Assembly: GCA_964016885.1 (NCBI GenBank)
Contig: CAXHJY010000132.1
Coordinates: 125,001 to 189,000 of the forward strand
DNA length: 64,000 bases
Origin: Eledone cirrhosa
Lineage: Eukaryota
Direction of reading: 5' to 3'
Numbering within the stretch: the first letter of the stretch is position 1; each line of letters begins with the position of its first letter. Positions 11,401-26,500 of the stretch are shown one piece after another. Below the pieces are notes generated by a model. That model saw only the letters and a program-made list of their open reading frames with translations, ran no database searches and had not been told where the DNA came from. Both the position numbers and the translations under genes were made by a program.

Positions 11401-14400
11401 GCTATCTTTCTCTACCTTGTCTTCCCTCAAAACTTCGTTCTTCACCAAGCTATCTTTCTCTACCTTGTCTTCCCTCAAAATTTCGTTCTTCACCAAGCTA
11501 TCTTTCTCTACCTTGTCTTCCCTCAAAACTTCGTTCTTCACCAAGCTATCTTTCCCTACCTTTTTTTCCCCCAAAACTCCCTTCTTCACCAAACTATCTT
11601 TCTCTACCTTGTCTTTCCTCAAAACTTCGTTCTTCACCAAGCTATCTTTCTCTATCTTGTCTTCCCTCAAAACTCCGTTCTTCATCAAGCTATCGTTCTC
11701 TACTTTGTCTTCCCTCGAAACGTCGTTCTTCACCAAGCTATCTTTCTCTACCTTGTCTTCCCTCAAAACTTCGTTCGTTCTTCACCAAGCTATCTTTCTC
11801 TACCTTGTCTTCCCCCAAAACTTCGTTCTTCACAAGCTATCCTTCTCTACCTTGTCTTCCCTCAAAACTTCGTTCTTCACCAAGCTATCTTTCTCTACCT
11901 TGTCTTCCCTCAAAACTTCGTTCTTGATCAAGCTATCTTTCTATTCCTTGTCTTCCCTCAAAACTCCGTTCTTCACCAAGCTATCTTTCTCTACTTTGTC
12001 TTCCCTCAAAACATCGTTCGTTCTTCATCAAGCTATCTTTCTCTATCTTGTCTTCCCTCAAGACTTCGTTCGTCACCAAGCTATCTTTCTCTACATTGTC
12101 TTCCCCCAAAACTTCGTTCTTCATCAAGCTATCTTTCTCTACCTTGTCTTCCCACAAAACGTCGTTCTTCACCAAGCTATCTTTCCCTACCTTGTCTTCC
12201 CTCAAAACGTCGTTCTTCACCAAGCTATCTTTCTCTACCCATTCTTCTCTCAAAACTTCGTTCTTCACCAAGCTCTCTTTCTCTACCTTGTCTTCCCTCA
12301 AAACTTCGTTCTTCACCAGGCTATCTTTCTCAACCCTGTCTTCCCCCAAAACTTCGTTCCTCACCAAGCTATCTTTCTCTACCTTGTCTTCCCTCAAAAC
12401 TTCGTTCTTCACCAAGCTATCTTTCTCTACCTTTTTTTCCCCCAAAACTCCGTTCTTCACCAAACTATCTTTCTCTACGTTGTCTTCCCTCAAAACTTCG
12501 TTCTTCACCAAGCTATCTTTCTCTATCTTGTCTTCCCTCAAAACTCCGTTCTTCATCAAGCTATCGTTCTCTACTTTGTCTTCCCTCGAAACGTCGTTCG
12601 TCACCAAGCTATCTTTCTCTACCTTGTCTTCCCTCAAAACTTCGTTCGTTCTTCACCAAGCTATCTTTCTCTAACTTGTCTTCCCCCAAAACTTCGTTCT
12701 TCACAAGCTATCCTTCTCTACCTTGTCTTCCCTCAAAACTTCGTTCTTCACCAAGCTATCTTTCTCTACCTTGTCTTCCCTCAAAACTTCGTTCTTGATC
12801 AAGCTATCTTTCTATACCTTGTCTTCCATCAAAACTTCGTTCTTCACCAAGCTATCTTTCTCTACCTTGTCTTCCCTCAAAACTTCGTTCTTCACCAAGC
12901 TATCTTTCTCTATCTTGTCTTCCCTCAAAACTCCGTTCTTCATCAAGCTATCGTTCTCTACTTTGTCTTCCCTCAAAACGTCGTTCTTCACCAAGCTATC
13001 TTTCTCTACCTTGTCTTCCCTCAAAACTTCGTTCGTTCTTCACCAAGCTATCTTTCTCTACCTTGTCTTCCCTCAAAACTTCGTTATTCACCAAGCTATC
13101 TTTCTCTACCTTGTCTTCCCTCAAAACTTCGTTCTTCACCAAGCTATCTTTCTCTACCTTGTCTTCCCTCAAAACTTCGTTCTTCACCAAGCTATCTTTC
13201 TCTACCTTGTCTTCCCCCAGAACATCGTTCTTCACCAAGCTATCTTTCTCTACCTTGTCTTCCCTCAAAACTTCGTTATTCACCAAGCTATCTTTCTCTA
13301 CCTTGCCTTCCTGCAAAACTTCGTTCTTCATCAAGCTATCTTTCTCTACTTTGTCTTCCCTCAAAACATCGTTCGTTCTTCATCAAGCTATCTTTCTCTA
13401 CCTTGTCTTCCCTCAAGACTTCGTTCGTCACCAAGCTATCTTTCTCTACATTGTCTTCCCCCAAAACTTCGTTCTTCATCAAGCTATCTTTCTCTACCTT
13501 GTCTTCCCTCAAAACGTCGTTCTTAACCAAGCTATCTTTCTCTACCTTGTCTTCCCACAAAACTTCGTTCTTCATCAAGCTATCTTTCTCTACCTTGTCT
13601 TCCCTCAAAACGTCGTTCTTCACCAAGCTATCTTTCTCTACCTTGTCTTCCCCCAAAACTTCGTTCTTCACCAAGCTATCTTTCTCTACCTTGTCTACCC
13701 CCAAAACTTCGTTCTTCACCAAGCTATCTTTCGCTACCTTGTCTTCCCTCAAAACGTCGTTCTTCACCAAGCTATCTTTCTCTACCCATTCTTCTCTTAA
13801 AACTTCGTTCTTCACCAAGCTATCTTTCTCTACCTTGTCTTCCCTCAAAACTTCGTTCTTGATCAAGCTATCTTTCTATACCTTGTCTTCCATCAAAACT
13901 TCGTTCTTCACCAAGCTATCTTTCTCTACCTTGTCTTCCCTCAAAACGTCGTTCTTCACCAAGCTATCTTTCTCTACCTTGTCTTCCCTCAAAACTTCGT
14001 TCGTTCTTCACCAAGCTATCTTTCTCTACCTTGTCTTCCCTGAAAACTTCGTTATTCACCAAGCTATCTTTCTCTACCTTGTCTTCCCTCAAAACTTCGT
14101 TCTTCACCAAGCTATCTTTCTCTACCTTGTCTTCCCTCAAAACTTCGTTCTTCACCAAGCTATCTTTCTCTACCTTGTCTTCCCCCAGAACATCGTTCTT
14201 CACCAAGCTATCTTTCTCTACCTTGTCTTCCCTCAAAACTTCGTTATTCACCAAGCTATCTTTCTCTACCTTGCCTTCCTGCAAAACTTCGTTCTTCATC
14301 AAGCTATCTTTCTCTACCTTGTCTTCCCTCAAGACTTCGTTCGTCACCAAGCTATCTTTCTCTACATTGTCTTCCCCCAAAACTTCGTTCTTCATCAAGC

Positions 14401-14470
14401 TATCTTTCTCTACCTTGTCTTCCCTCAAAACGTCGTTCTTAACCAAGCTATCTTTCTCTACCTTGTCTTC
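8470..14470. repeat. Higher-order duplication, offset 3286 bp (~8470-11185 repeated at ~11756-14471)
   Basis: Matching ORF pairs 8695/11981, 9526/12812, 9710/12996 and 10050/13336 all differ by 3286. Related partial copies occur at offsets 2226 (7300/9526) and 3822 (11981/15803). Confidence 0.92.
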
Positions 14471-17400
14471 CCTCAAAACGTCGTTCTTCACCAAGCTATC
14501 TTTCTCTACCTTGTCTTCCCTCAAAACTTCGTTCGTTCTTCACCAAGCTATCTTTCTCTACCTTGTCTTCCCTCAAAACTTCGTTATTCACCAAGCTATC
14601 TTTCTCTACCTTGTCTTCCCTCAAAACTTCGTTCTTCACCAAGCTATCTTTCTCTACCTTGTCTTCCCTCAAAACTTCGTTCTTCACCAAGCTATCTTTC
14701 TCTACCTTGTCTTCCCCCAGAACATCGTTCTTCACCAAGCTATCTTTCTCTACCTTGTCTTCCCTCAAAACTCCGTTCTTCATCAAGCTATCGTTCTCTA
14801 GTTTGTCTTCCCTCAAAACGTCGTTCTTCACCAAGCTATCTTTCTCTACCTTGTCTTCCCTCAAAACTTCGTTCGTTCTTCACCAGGCTATCTTTCTCTA
14901 CCCTGTCTTCCCCCAAAACTTCGTTCCTCACCATGCTATCTTTCTCTACCTTGTCTTCCCTCAAATCTTCGTTCTTCACCAAGCTATCTTTCTCTACCTT
15001 GTCTTCCCACAAAACTTCGTTCTTCATCAAGCTATCTTTCTCTACCTTGTCTTCCCTCAAAACGTCGTTCTTCACCAAGATATCTTTCTCTACCGTGTCT
15101 TCCCCCAAAACTTCGTTCTTCACCAAGCTATCTTTCTCTACCTTGTCTACCCCCAAAACTTCGTTCTTCACCAAGCTATCTTTCTCTACCCTGTCTTCCC
15201 CCAAAACTTCGTTCCTCACCAAGCTATCTTTCTCTACCTTGTCTTCCCTCAAAACTTCGTTCTTCACCAAGCTATCTTTCTCTACCTTGTCTTCCCTCAA
15301 AATTTCGTTCTTCACCAAGCTATCTTTCTCTACCTTGTCTTCCCTCAAAACTTCGTTCTTCACCAAGCTATCTTTCCCTACCTTTTTTTCCCCCAAAACT
15401 CCCTTCTTCACCAAACTATCTTTCTCTACCTTGTCTTTCCTCAAAACTTCGTTCTTCACCAAGCTATCTTTCTCTATCTTGTCTTCCCTCAAAACTCCGT
15501 TCTTCATCAAGCTATCGTTCTCTACTTTGTCTTCCCTCGAAACGTCGTTCTTCACCAAGCTATCTTTCTCTACCTTGTCTTCCCTCAAAACTTCGTTCGT
15601 TCTTCACCAAGCTATCTTTCTCTACCTTGTCTTCCCCCAAAACTTCGTTCTTCACAAGCTATCCTTCTCTACCTTGTCTTCCCTCAAAACTTCGTTCTTC
15701 ACCAAGCTATCTTTCTCTACCTTGTCTTCCCTCAAAACTTCGTTCTTGATCAAGCTATCTTTCTATTCCTTGTCTTCCCTCAAAACTCCGTTCTTCACCA
15801 AGCTATCTTTCTCTACTTTGTCTTCCCTCAAAACATCGTTCGTTCTTCATCAAGCTATCTTTCTCTATCTTGTCTTCCCTCAAGACTTCGTTCGTCACCA
15901 AGCTATCTTTCTCTACATTGTCTTCCCCCAAAACTTCGTTCTTCATCAAGCTATCTTTCTCTACCTTGTCTTCCCACAAAACGTCGTTCTTCACCAAGCT
16001 ATCTTTCCCTACCTTGTCTTCCCTCAAAACGTCGTTCTTCACCAAGCTATCTTTCTCTACCCATTCTTCTCTCAAAACATCGTTCTTCACCAAGCTCTCT
16101 TTCTCTACCTTGTCTTCCCTCAAAACTTCGTTCTTCACCAGGCTATCTTTCTCAACCCTGTCTTCCCCCAAAACTTCGTTCCTCACCAAGCTATCTTTCT
16201 CTACCTTGTCTTCCCTCAAAACTTCGTTCTTCACCAAGCTATCTTTCTCTACCTTTTTTTCCCCCAAAACTCCGTTCTTCACCAAACTATCTTTCTCTAC
16301 CTTGTCTTCCCTCAAAACTTCGTTCTTCACCAAGCTATCTTTCTCTACCTTGTCTTCCCTCAAAACTTCGTTCTTGATCAAGCTATCTTTCTATACCTTG
16401 TCTTCCATCAAAACTTCGTTCTTCACCAAGCTATCTTTCTCTACCTTGTCTTCCCTCAAAACTTCGTTCTTCACCAAGCTATCTTTCTCTATCTTGTCTT
16501 CCCTCAAATCTCCGTTCTTCATCAAGCTATCGTTCTCTACTTTGTCTTCCCTCAAAACGTCGTTCTTCACCAAGCTATCTTTCTCTACCTTGTCTTCCCT
16601 CAAAACTTCGTTCGTTCTTCACCAAGCTATCTTTCTCTACCTTGTCTTCCCTCAAAACTTCGTTATTCACCAAGCTATCTTTCTCTACCTTGTCTTCCCT
16701 CAAAACTTCGTTCTTCACCAAGCTATCTTTCTCTACCTTGTCTTCCCTCAAAACTTCGTTCTTCACCAAGCTATCTTTCTCTACCTTGTCTTCCCCCAGA
16801 ACATCGTTCTTCACCAAGCATTCTTTCTCTACCTTCTCTTCCCTCAAAACTTCGTTATTCACCAAGCTATCTTTCTCTACCTTGCCTTCCTGCAAAACTT
16901 CGTTCTTCATCAAGCTATCTTTCTCTACTTTGTCTTCCCTCAAAACATCGTTCGTTCTTCATCAAGCTATCTTTCTCTACCTTGTCTTCCCTCAAGACTT
17001 CGTTCGTCACCAAGCTATCTTTCTCTACATTGTCTTCCCCCAAAACTTCGTTCTTCACCAAGCTATCTTTCTCTACCTTGTCTACCCCCAAAACTTCGTC
17101 TTCACCAAGCTATCTTTCTCTACCTTGTCTTCCCACAAAACTTCGTTCTTCACCAAGCTATCTCTCTCTACCTTGTCTTCCCACAAAACGTCGTTCTTCA
17201 CCAAGCTATCTTTCGCTACCTTGTCTTCCCTCAAAACGTCGTTCTTCACCAAGCTATCTTTCTCTACCCATTCTTCTCTTAAAACTTCGTTCTTCACCAA
17301 GCTCTCTTTCTCTACCTTGTCTTCCCTCAAAACTTCGTTCTTCACCAAGCTATCTTTCTCTACCCTGTCTTCCCCCAAAACTTCGTTCCTCACCAAGCTA

Positions 17401-20400
17401 TCTTTATCTACCTTGTCTTCCCTCAAAACTTCGTTCTTCACCAAGCTATCTTTCTCTACCTTGTCTTCCCTCAAAATTTCGTTCTTCACCAAGCTATCTT
17501 TCTCTACCTTGTCTTCCCTCAAAACTTCGTTCTTCACCAAGCTATCTTTCCCTACCTTTTTTTCCCCCAAAACTCCGTTCTTCACCAAACTATCTTTCTC
17601 TACCTTGTCTTTCCTCAAAACTTCGTTCTTCACCAAGCTATCTTTCTCTATCTTGTCTTCCCTCAAAACTCCGTTCTTCATCAAGCTATCGTTCTCTACT
17701 CTGTCTTCCCTCGAAACGTCGTTCTTCACCAAGCTATCTTTCTCTACCTTGTCTTCCCTCAAAACTTCGTTCGTTCTTCACCAAGCTATCTTTCTCTACC
17801 TTGTCTTCCCCCAAAACTTCGTTCTTCACAAGCTATCATTCTCTACCTTGTCTTCCCTCAAAACTTCGTTCTTCACCAAGCTATCTTTCTCTACTTTGTC
17901 TTCCCTCAAAACTTCGTTCTTGATCAAGCTATCTTTCTATTCCTTGTCTTCCCTCAAAACTTCGTTCTTCACCAAGCTATCTTTCTCTACTTTGTCTTCC
18001 CTCAAAACATCGTTCGTTCTTCATCAAGCTATCTTTCTCTATCTTGTCTTCCCTCAAGACTTCGTTCGTCACCAAGCTATATTTCTCTACATTGTCTTCC
18101 CCCAAAACTTCGTTCTTCATCAAGCTATCTTTCTCTACCTTGTCTTCCCACAAAACGTCGTTCTTCACCAAGCTATCTTTCCCTACCTTGTCTTCCCTCA
18201 AAACGTCGTTCTTCACCAAGCTATCTTTCTCTACCCATTCTTCTCTCAAAACTTCGTTCTTCACCAAGCTCTCTTTCTCTACCTTGTCTTCCCTCAAAAC
18301 TTCGTTCTTCACCAGGCTATCTTTCTCAACCCTGTCTTCCCCCAAAACTTCGTTCCTCACCAAGCTATCTTTCTCTACCTTGTCTTCCCTCAAAACTTCG
18401 TTCTTCACCAAGCTATCTTTCTCTACCTTTTTTTCCCCCAAAACTCCGTTCTTCACCAAACTATCTTTCTCTACCTTGTCTTCCCTCAAAACTTCGTTCT
18501 TCACCAAGCTATCTTTCTCTATCTTGTCTTCCCTCAAAACTCCGTTCTTCATCAAGCTATCGTTCTCTACTTTGTCTTCCCTCGAAACGTCGTTCGTCAC
18601 CAAGCTATCTTTCTCTACCTTGTCTTCCCTCAAAACTTCGTTCGTTCTTCACCAAGCTATCTTTCTCTAACTTGTCTTCCCCCAAAACTTCGTTCTTCAC
18701 AAGCTATCCTTCTCTACCTTGTCTTCCCTCAAAACTTCGTTCTTCACCAAGCTATCTTTCTTTACCTTGTCTTCCCCCAAAACTTCGTTCTTCATCAAGC
18801 TATCTTTCTCTACCTTGTCTTCCCACAAAACGTCGTTCTTCACCAAGCTATCTTTCCCTACCTTGTCTTCCCTCAAAACGTCGTTCTTCACCAAGCTATC
18901 TTTCTCTACCCATTCTTCTCTCAAAACTTCGTTCTTCACCAAGCTCTCTTTCTCTACCTTGTCTTCCCTCAAAACTTCGTTCTTCACCAGGCTATCTTTC
19001 TCAACCCTGTCTTCCCCCAAAACTTCGTTCCTCACCAAGCTATCTTTCTCTACCTTGTCTTCCCTCAAAACTTCGTTCTTCACCAAGCTATCTTTCTCTA
19101 CCTTTTTTTGCCCCAAAACTCCGTTCTTCACCAAACTATCTTTCTCTACCTTGTCTTCCCTCAAAACTTCGTTCTTCACCAAGCTATCTTTCTCTATCTT
19201 GTCTTCCCTCAAAACTCCGTTCTTCATCAAGCTATCGTTCTCTACTTTGTCTTCCCTCGAAACGTCGTTCGTCACCAAGCTATCTTTCTCTACCTTGTCT
19301 TCCCTCAAAACTTCGTTCGTTCTTCACCAAGCTATCTTTCTCTAACTTGTCTTCCCCCAAAACTTCGTTCTTCACAAGCTATCCTCCTCTACCTTGTCTT
19401 CCCTCAAAACTTCGTTCTTCACCAAGCTATCTTTCTCTACCTTGTCTTCCCTCAAAACTTCGTTCTTGATCAAGCTATCTTTCTATACCTTGTCTTCCAT
19501 CAAAACTTCGTTCTTCACCAAGCTATCTTTCTCTACCTTGTCTTCCCTCAAAACTTCGTTCTTCACCAAGCTATCTTTCTCTATCTTGTCTTCCCTCAAA
19601 ACTCCGTTCTTCATCAAGCTATCGTTCTCTAGTTTGTCTTCCCTCAAAACGTCGTTCTTCACCAAGCTATCTTTCTCTACCTTGTCTTCCCTCAAAACTT
19701 CGTTCGTTCTTCACCAGGCTATCTTTCTCTACCCTGTCTTCCCCCAAAACTTCGTTCCTCACCATGCTATCTTTCTCTACCTTGTCTTCCCTCAAATCTT
19801 CGTTCTTCACCAAGCTATCTTTCTCTACCTTTTTTTCCCCCAAAACTTCGTTCTTCACCAAACTATCTTTCTCTACCTTCTCTTCCCTCAAAACTTCGTT
19901 CTTCACCAAGCTAACTTTCTCTACCTTGTCTTCCCTCAAAACTTCGTTCTTCATCAAGCAATCTTTCTCTACCTTGTCTTCCCTCAAAACTTCGTTCTTC
20001 ACCAAGCTATCTTTCTCTACCTTGTCTTCCCTCAAAACTTCGTTCTTCACCAAGCTATCTTTCCCTACCTTTTTTTCCCCCAAAACTCCGTTCTTCACCA
20101 AACTATCTTTCTCTACCTTGTCTTCCCTCAAAACTTCGTTCTTCACCAAGCTATCTTTCTCTATCGTGTCTTCCCTCAAAACTCCGTTCTTCATCAAGCT
20201 ATCGTTCTCTACTTTGTCTTCCCTCGAAACGTCGTTCTTCACCAAGCTATCTTTCTCTACCTTGTCTTCCCTCAAAACTTCGTTCGTTCTTCACCAAGAT
20301 ATCTTTCTCTACCTTGTCTTCCCCCAAAACTTCGTTCTTCACAAGCTATCTTTCTATACCTTGTCTTCCCTCAAAACTTCGTTCTTCACCAAGCTATCTT

Positions 20401-20589
20401 TCTCTACCTTGTCTTCCCTCAAAACTTCGTTCTTGATCAAGCTATCTTTCTCTACCTTGCATTCCCTCAAAACTTCGTTCTTCACCAAGCTATCTTTCTC
20501 TACCTTGTCTTCCCTCAAAACTTCGTTCTTCACCAAGCTATCTTTCTTTACCTTGTCTTTCCTCAAAACTTCGTTCTTCACCAAGCTAT

Positions 20590-23500
20590 CTTTCTCTACC
20601 TTTTTTCCCCCAAAACTTCGTTCTTCACCAAACTATCTTTCTCTACCTTGTCTTCCCTCAAAACTTCGTTCTTCACCAAGCTAACTTTCTCTATCTTGTC
20701 TTCCCTCAAAACTTCGTTCTTCACCAAGCTATCTTTCTCTACCTTGTCTTCCCCCAAAACATCGTTCTTCACCAAGCTATCTTTCTCTACCTTGTCTTCC
20801 CTCAAAACTTCGTTATTCACCAAGCTATCTTTCTCTACCTTGCCTTCCTGCAAAACTTCGTTCTCCATCAAGCTATCTTTCTCTACCTTGTCTTCCCTCA
20901 AAACTCCGTTCGTTCTTCACCAAGCTATCTTTCTCTACATTGTCTTCCCCCAAAACTTCGTTCTTCACAAGCTATCCTTCTCTACCTTGTCTTCCCTCAA
21001 AACTTCGTTCTTCACCAAGCTATCTTTCTCTACCTTGTCTTCCCTCAAAACTTCGTTCTTCACCAAGCTATCTTTCTCTACTTTGTCTTCCCTCAACACA
21101 TCGTTCGTTCTTCATCAAGCTATCTTTCTCTACCTTGTCTTCCCTCAAGACTTCGTTCGTCACCAAGCTATCTTTCTCTACATTGTCTTCCCCCAAAACT
21201 TCGTTCTTCATCAAGCTATCTTTCTCTACCTTGTCTACCCCCAAAACTTCGTTCTTCACCAAGCTATCTTTCTCTACCTTGTCTTCCCACAAAACTTCGT
21301 TCTTCACCAAGCTATCTTTCTCTACCTTGTCTTCCCACAAAACGTCGTTCTTCACCAAGCTATCTTTCCCTACCTTGTCTTCCCTCAAAACGTCGTTCTT
21401 CACCAAGCTATCTTTCTCTACCCATTCTTCTCTCAAAACTTCGTTCTTCACCAAGCTCTCTTTCTCACCCTTGTCTTCCCTCAAAACTTCGTTCTTCACC
21501 AGGCTATCTTTCTCTACCCTGTCTTCCCCCAAAACTTCGTTCCTCACCAAGCTATCTTTCTCTACCTTCTCTTCCCTCAAAACTTCGTTCTTCACCAAGC
21601 TAACTTTCTCTACCTTGTCTTCCCTCAAAACTTCGTTCTTCATCAAGCAATCTTTCTCTACCTTGTCTTCCCTCAAAACTTCGTTCTTCACCAAGCTATC
21701 TTTCTCTACCTTGTCTTCCCTCAAAACTTCGTTCTTCACCAAGCTATCTTTCCCTACCTTTTTTTCCCCCAAAACTCCGTTCTTCACCAAACTATCTTTC
21801 TCTACCTTGTCTTCCCTCAAAACTTCGTTCTTCACCAAGCTATCTTTCTATATCTTGTCTTCCCTCAAAACTCCGTTCTTCATCAAGCTATCGTTCTCTA
21901 CTTTGTCTTCCCTCGAAACGTCGTTCTTCACCAAGCTATCTTTCTCTACCTTGTCTTCCCTCAAAACTTCGTTCGTTCTTCACCAAGCTATCTTTCTCTA
22001 CCTTGTCTTCCCCCAAAACTTCGTTCTTCACAAGCTATCCTTCTCTACCTTGTCTTCCCTCAAAACTTCGTTCTTCACCAAGCTATCTTTCTCTACCTTG
22101 TCTTCCCTCAAAACTTCGTTCTTGATCAAGCTATCTTTCTATACCTTGTCTTCCATCAAAACTTCGTTCTTCACCAAGCTATCTTTCTCTACCTTGTCTT
22201 CCCTCAAAACTTCGTTCTTGATCAAGCTATCTTTCTATACCTTGTCTTCCCTCAAAACGTCGTTCTTCACCAAGCTATCTTTCTCTACCTTGTCTTCCCT
22301 CAAAACTTCGTTCGTTCTTCACCAAGCTATCTTTCTCTACCTTGTCTTCCCCCAAAACTTCGTTCTTCACAAGCTATCTTTCTCTACCTTGTCTTCCCTC
22401 AAAACTTCGTTCTTGATCAAGCTATCTTTCTCTACCTTGCATTCCCTCAAAACTTCGTTCTTCACCAAGCTATCTTTCCCTACCTTTTTTTCCCCCAAAA
22501 CTCCGTTCTTCACCAAACTATCTTTCTCTACCTTGTCTTCCCTCAAAACTTCGTTCTTCACCAAGCTATCTTTCTCTATCTTGTCTCCAATCAAAACTTC
22601 GTTCTTCACCAAGCTATCTTTCTCTACCTTGTCTTCCCTCAAAACTTCGTTCTTCACCAAGCTATCTTTCCCTACCTTTTTTTCCCCCAAAACTCCGTTC
22701 TTCACCAAACTATCTTTCTCTACCTTGTCTTCCCTCAAAACTTCGTTCTTCACCAAGCTATCTTTCTATACCTTGTCTTCCCTCAAAACTTCGTTCTTCA
22801 CCAAGCTATCTTTCTCTACCTTGTCTTCCCTCAAAACTTCGTTCTTGATCAAGCTATCTTTCTCTACCTTGCATTCCCTCAAAACTTCGTTCTTCACCAA
22901 GCTATCTTTCTCTACCTTGTCTTCCCTCAAAACTTCGTTCTTCACCAAGCTATCTTTCTTTACCTTGTCTTTCCTCAAAACTTCGTTCTTCACCAAGCTA
23001 TCTTTCTCTACCTTTTTTCCCCCAAAACTTCGTTCTTCACCAAACTATCTTTCTCTACCTTGTCTTCCCTCAAAACTTCGTTCTTCACCAAGCTAACTTT
23101 CTCTATCTTGTCTTCCCTCAAAACTTCGTTCTTCACCAAGCTATCTTTCTCTACCTTGTCTTCCCCCAAAACATCGTTCTTCACCAAGCTATCTTTCTCT
23201 ACCTTGTCTACCCCCAAAACTTCGTTCTTCACCAAGCTATCTTTCTCTACCTTGTCTTCCCACAAAACTTCGTTCTTCACCAAGCTATCTTTCTCTACCT
23301 TGTCTTCCCACAAAACGTCGTTCTTCACCAAGCTATCTTTCCCTACCTTGTCTTCCCTCAAAACGTCGTTCTTCACCAAGCTATCTTTCTCTACCCATTC
23401 TTCTCTCAAAACTTCGTTCTTCACCAAGCTCTCTTTCTCACCCTTGTCTTCCCTCAAAACTTCGTTCTTCACCAGGCTATCTTTCTCTACCCTGTCTTCC

Positions 23501-26500
23501 CCCAAAACTTCGTTCCTCACCAAGCTATCTTTCTCTACCTTCTCTTCCCTCAAAACTTCGTTCTTCACCAAGCTAACTTTCTCTACCTTGTCTTCCCTCA
23601 AAACTTCGTTCTTCATCAAGCAATCTTTCTCTACCTTGTCTTCCCTCAAAACTTCGTTCTTCACCAAGCTATCTTTCTCTACCTTGTCTTCCCTCAAAAC
23701 TTCGTTCTTCACCAAGCTATCTTTCCCTACCTTTTTTTCCCCCAAAACTCCGTTCTTCACCAAACTATCTTTCTCTACCTTGTCTTCCCTCAAAACTTCG
23801 TTCTTCACCAAGCTATCTTTCTATATCTTGTCTTCCCTCAAAACTCCGTTCTTCATCAAGCTATCGTTCTCTACTTTGTCTTCCCTCGAAACGTCGTTCT
23901 TCACCAAGCTATCTTTCTCTACCTTGTCTTCCCTCAAAACTTCGTTCGTTCTTCACCAAGCTATCTTTCTCTACCTTGTCTTCCCCCAAAACTTCGTTCT
24001 TCACAAGCTATCCTTCTCTACCTTGTCTTCCCTCAAAACTTCGTTCTTCACCAAGCTATCTTTCTCTACCTTGTCTTCCCTCAAAACTTCGTTCTTGATC
24101 AAGCTATCTTTCTATACCTTGTCTTCCATCAAAACTTCGTTCTTCACCAAGCTATCTTTCTCTACCTTGTCTTCCCTCAAAACTTCGTTCTTGATCAAGC
24201 TATCTTTCTATACCTTGTCTTCCCTCAAAACGTCGTTCTTCACCAAGCTATCTTTCTCTACCTTGTCTTCCCTCAAAACTTCGTTCGTTCTTCACCAAGC
24301 TATCTTTCTCTACCTTGTCTTCCCCCAAAACTTCGTTCTTCACAAGCTATCTTTCTCTACCTTGTCTTCCCTCAAAACTTCGTTCTTGATCAAGCTATCT
24401 TTCTTTACCTTGTCTTTCCTCAAAACTTCGTTCTTCACCAAGCTATCTTTCTCTACCTTTTTTCCCCCAAAACTTCGTTCTTCACCAAACTATCTTTCTC
24501 TACCTTGTCTTCCCTCAAAACTTCGTTCTTCACCAAGCTAACTTTCTCTATCTTGTCTTCCCTCAAAACTTCGTTCTTCACCAAGCTATCTTTCTCTACC
24601 TTGTCTTCCCCCAAAACATCGTTCTTCACCAAGCTATCTTTCTCTACCTTGTCTTCCCTCAAAACTTCGTTATTCACCAAGCTATCTTTCTCTACCTTGC
24701 CTTCCTGCAAAACTTCGTTCTCCATCAAGCTATCTTTCTCTACTTTGTCTTCCCTCAAAACGTCGTTCTTCACCAAGCTATCTTTCTCTACCTTGTCTTC
24801 CCTCAAAACTCCGTTCGTTCTTCACCAAGCTATCTTTCTCTACATTGTCTTCCCCCAAAACTTCGTTCTTCACAAGCTATCCTTCTCTACCTTGTCTTCC
24901 CTCAAAACTTCGTTCTTCACCAAGCTATCTTTCTCTACCTTGTCTTCCCTCAAAACTTCGTTCTTCACCAAGCTATCTTTCTCTACTTTGTCTTCCCTCA
25001 ACACATCGTTCGTTCTTCATCAAGCTATCTTTCTCTACCTTGTCTTCCCTCAAGACTTCGTTCGTCACCAAGCTATCTTTCTCTACATTGTCTTCCCCCA
25101 AAACTTCGTTCTTCATCAAGCTATCTTTCTCTACCTTGTCTACCCCCAAAACTTCGTTCTTCACCAAGCTATCTTTCTCTACCTTGTCTTCCCACAAAAC
25201 TTCGTTCTTCACCAAGCTATCTTTCTCTACCTTGTCTTCCCACAAAACGTCGTTCTTCACCAAGCTATCTTTCCCTACCTTGTCTTCCCTCAAAACGTCG
25301 TTCTTCACCAAGCTATCTTTCTCTACCCATTCTTCTCTCAAAACTTCGTTCTTCACCAAGCTCTCTTTCTCACCCTTGTCTTCCCTCAAAACTTCGTTCT
25401 TCACCAGGCTATCTTTCTCTACCCTGTCTTCCCCCAAAACTTCGTTCCTCACCAAGCTATCTTTCTCTACCTTCTCTTCCCTCAAAACTTCGTTCTTCAC
25501 CAAGCTAACTTTCTCTACCTTGTCTTCCCTCAAAACTTCGTTCTTCATCAAGCAATCTTTCTCTACCTTGTCTTCCCTCAAAACTTCGTTCTTCACCAAG
25601 CTATCTTTCTCTACCTTGTCTTCCCTCAAAACTTCGTTCTTCACCAAGCTATCTTTCCCTACCTTTTTTTCCCCCAAAACTCCGTTCTTCACCAAACTAT
25701 CTTTCTCTACCTTGTCTTCCCTCAAAACTTCGTTCTTCACCAAGCTATCTTTCTATATCTTGTCTTCCCTCAAAACTCCGTTCTTCATCAAGCTATCGTT
25801 CTCTACTTTGTCTTCCCTCGAAACGTCGTTCTTCACCAAGCTATCTTTCTCTACCTTGTCTTCCCTCAAAACTTCGTTCGTTCTTCACCAAGCTATCTTT
25901 CTCTACCTTGTCTTCCCCCAAAACTTCGTTCTTCACAAGCTATCCTTCTCTACCTTGTCTTCCCTCAAAACTTCGTTCTTCACCAAGCTATCTTTCTCTA
26001 CCTTGTCTTCCCTCAAAACTTCGTTCTTGATCAAGCTATCTTTCTATACCTTGTCTTCCATCAAAACTTCGTTCTTCACCAAGCTATCTTTCTCTACCTT
26101 GTCTTCCCTCAAAACTTCGTTCTTGATCAAGCTATCTTTCTATACCTTGTCTTCCCTCAAAACGTCGTTCTTCACCAAGCTATCTTTCTCTACCTTGTCT
26201 TCCCTCAAAACTTCGTTCGTTCTTCACCAAGCTATCTTTCTCTACCTTGTCTTCCCCCAAAACTTCGTTCTTCACAAGCTATCTTTCTCTACCTTGTCTT
26301 CCCTCAAAACTTCGTTCTTGATCAAGCTATCTTTCTCTACCTTGCATTCCCTCAAAACTTCGTTCTTCACCAAGCTATCTTTCCCTACCTTTTTTTCCCC
26401 CAAAACTCCGTTCTTCACCAAACTATCTTTCTCTACCTTGTCTTCCCTCAAAACTTCGTTCTTCACCAAGCTATCTTTCTCTATCTTGTCTCCAATCAAA

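Noticed and set aside
10745-17923. Giant plus-strand ORFs (2392 aa here; also 49620-56813, 53915-60376, 32417-38824, 30484-35967 and others)
   Set aside because: All three plus frames of the consensus lack stops. The ORFs overlap in all frames, drift between three unrelated 16-aa repeats at each indel, and mostly begin at TTG. They are artefacts of the satellite.
20598-20612. Indels as long-read sequencing errors (e.g. T6 vs T7 run)
   Set aside because: The same indels recur at exact HOR offsets (~20600, 23012, 24457, 26917, 28890, 30096), so most are real. Only singletons such as ~2991, ~6823 and ~62287 could be errors.
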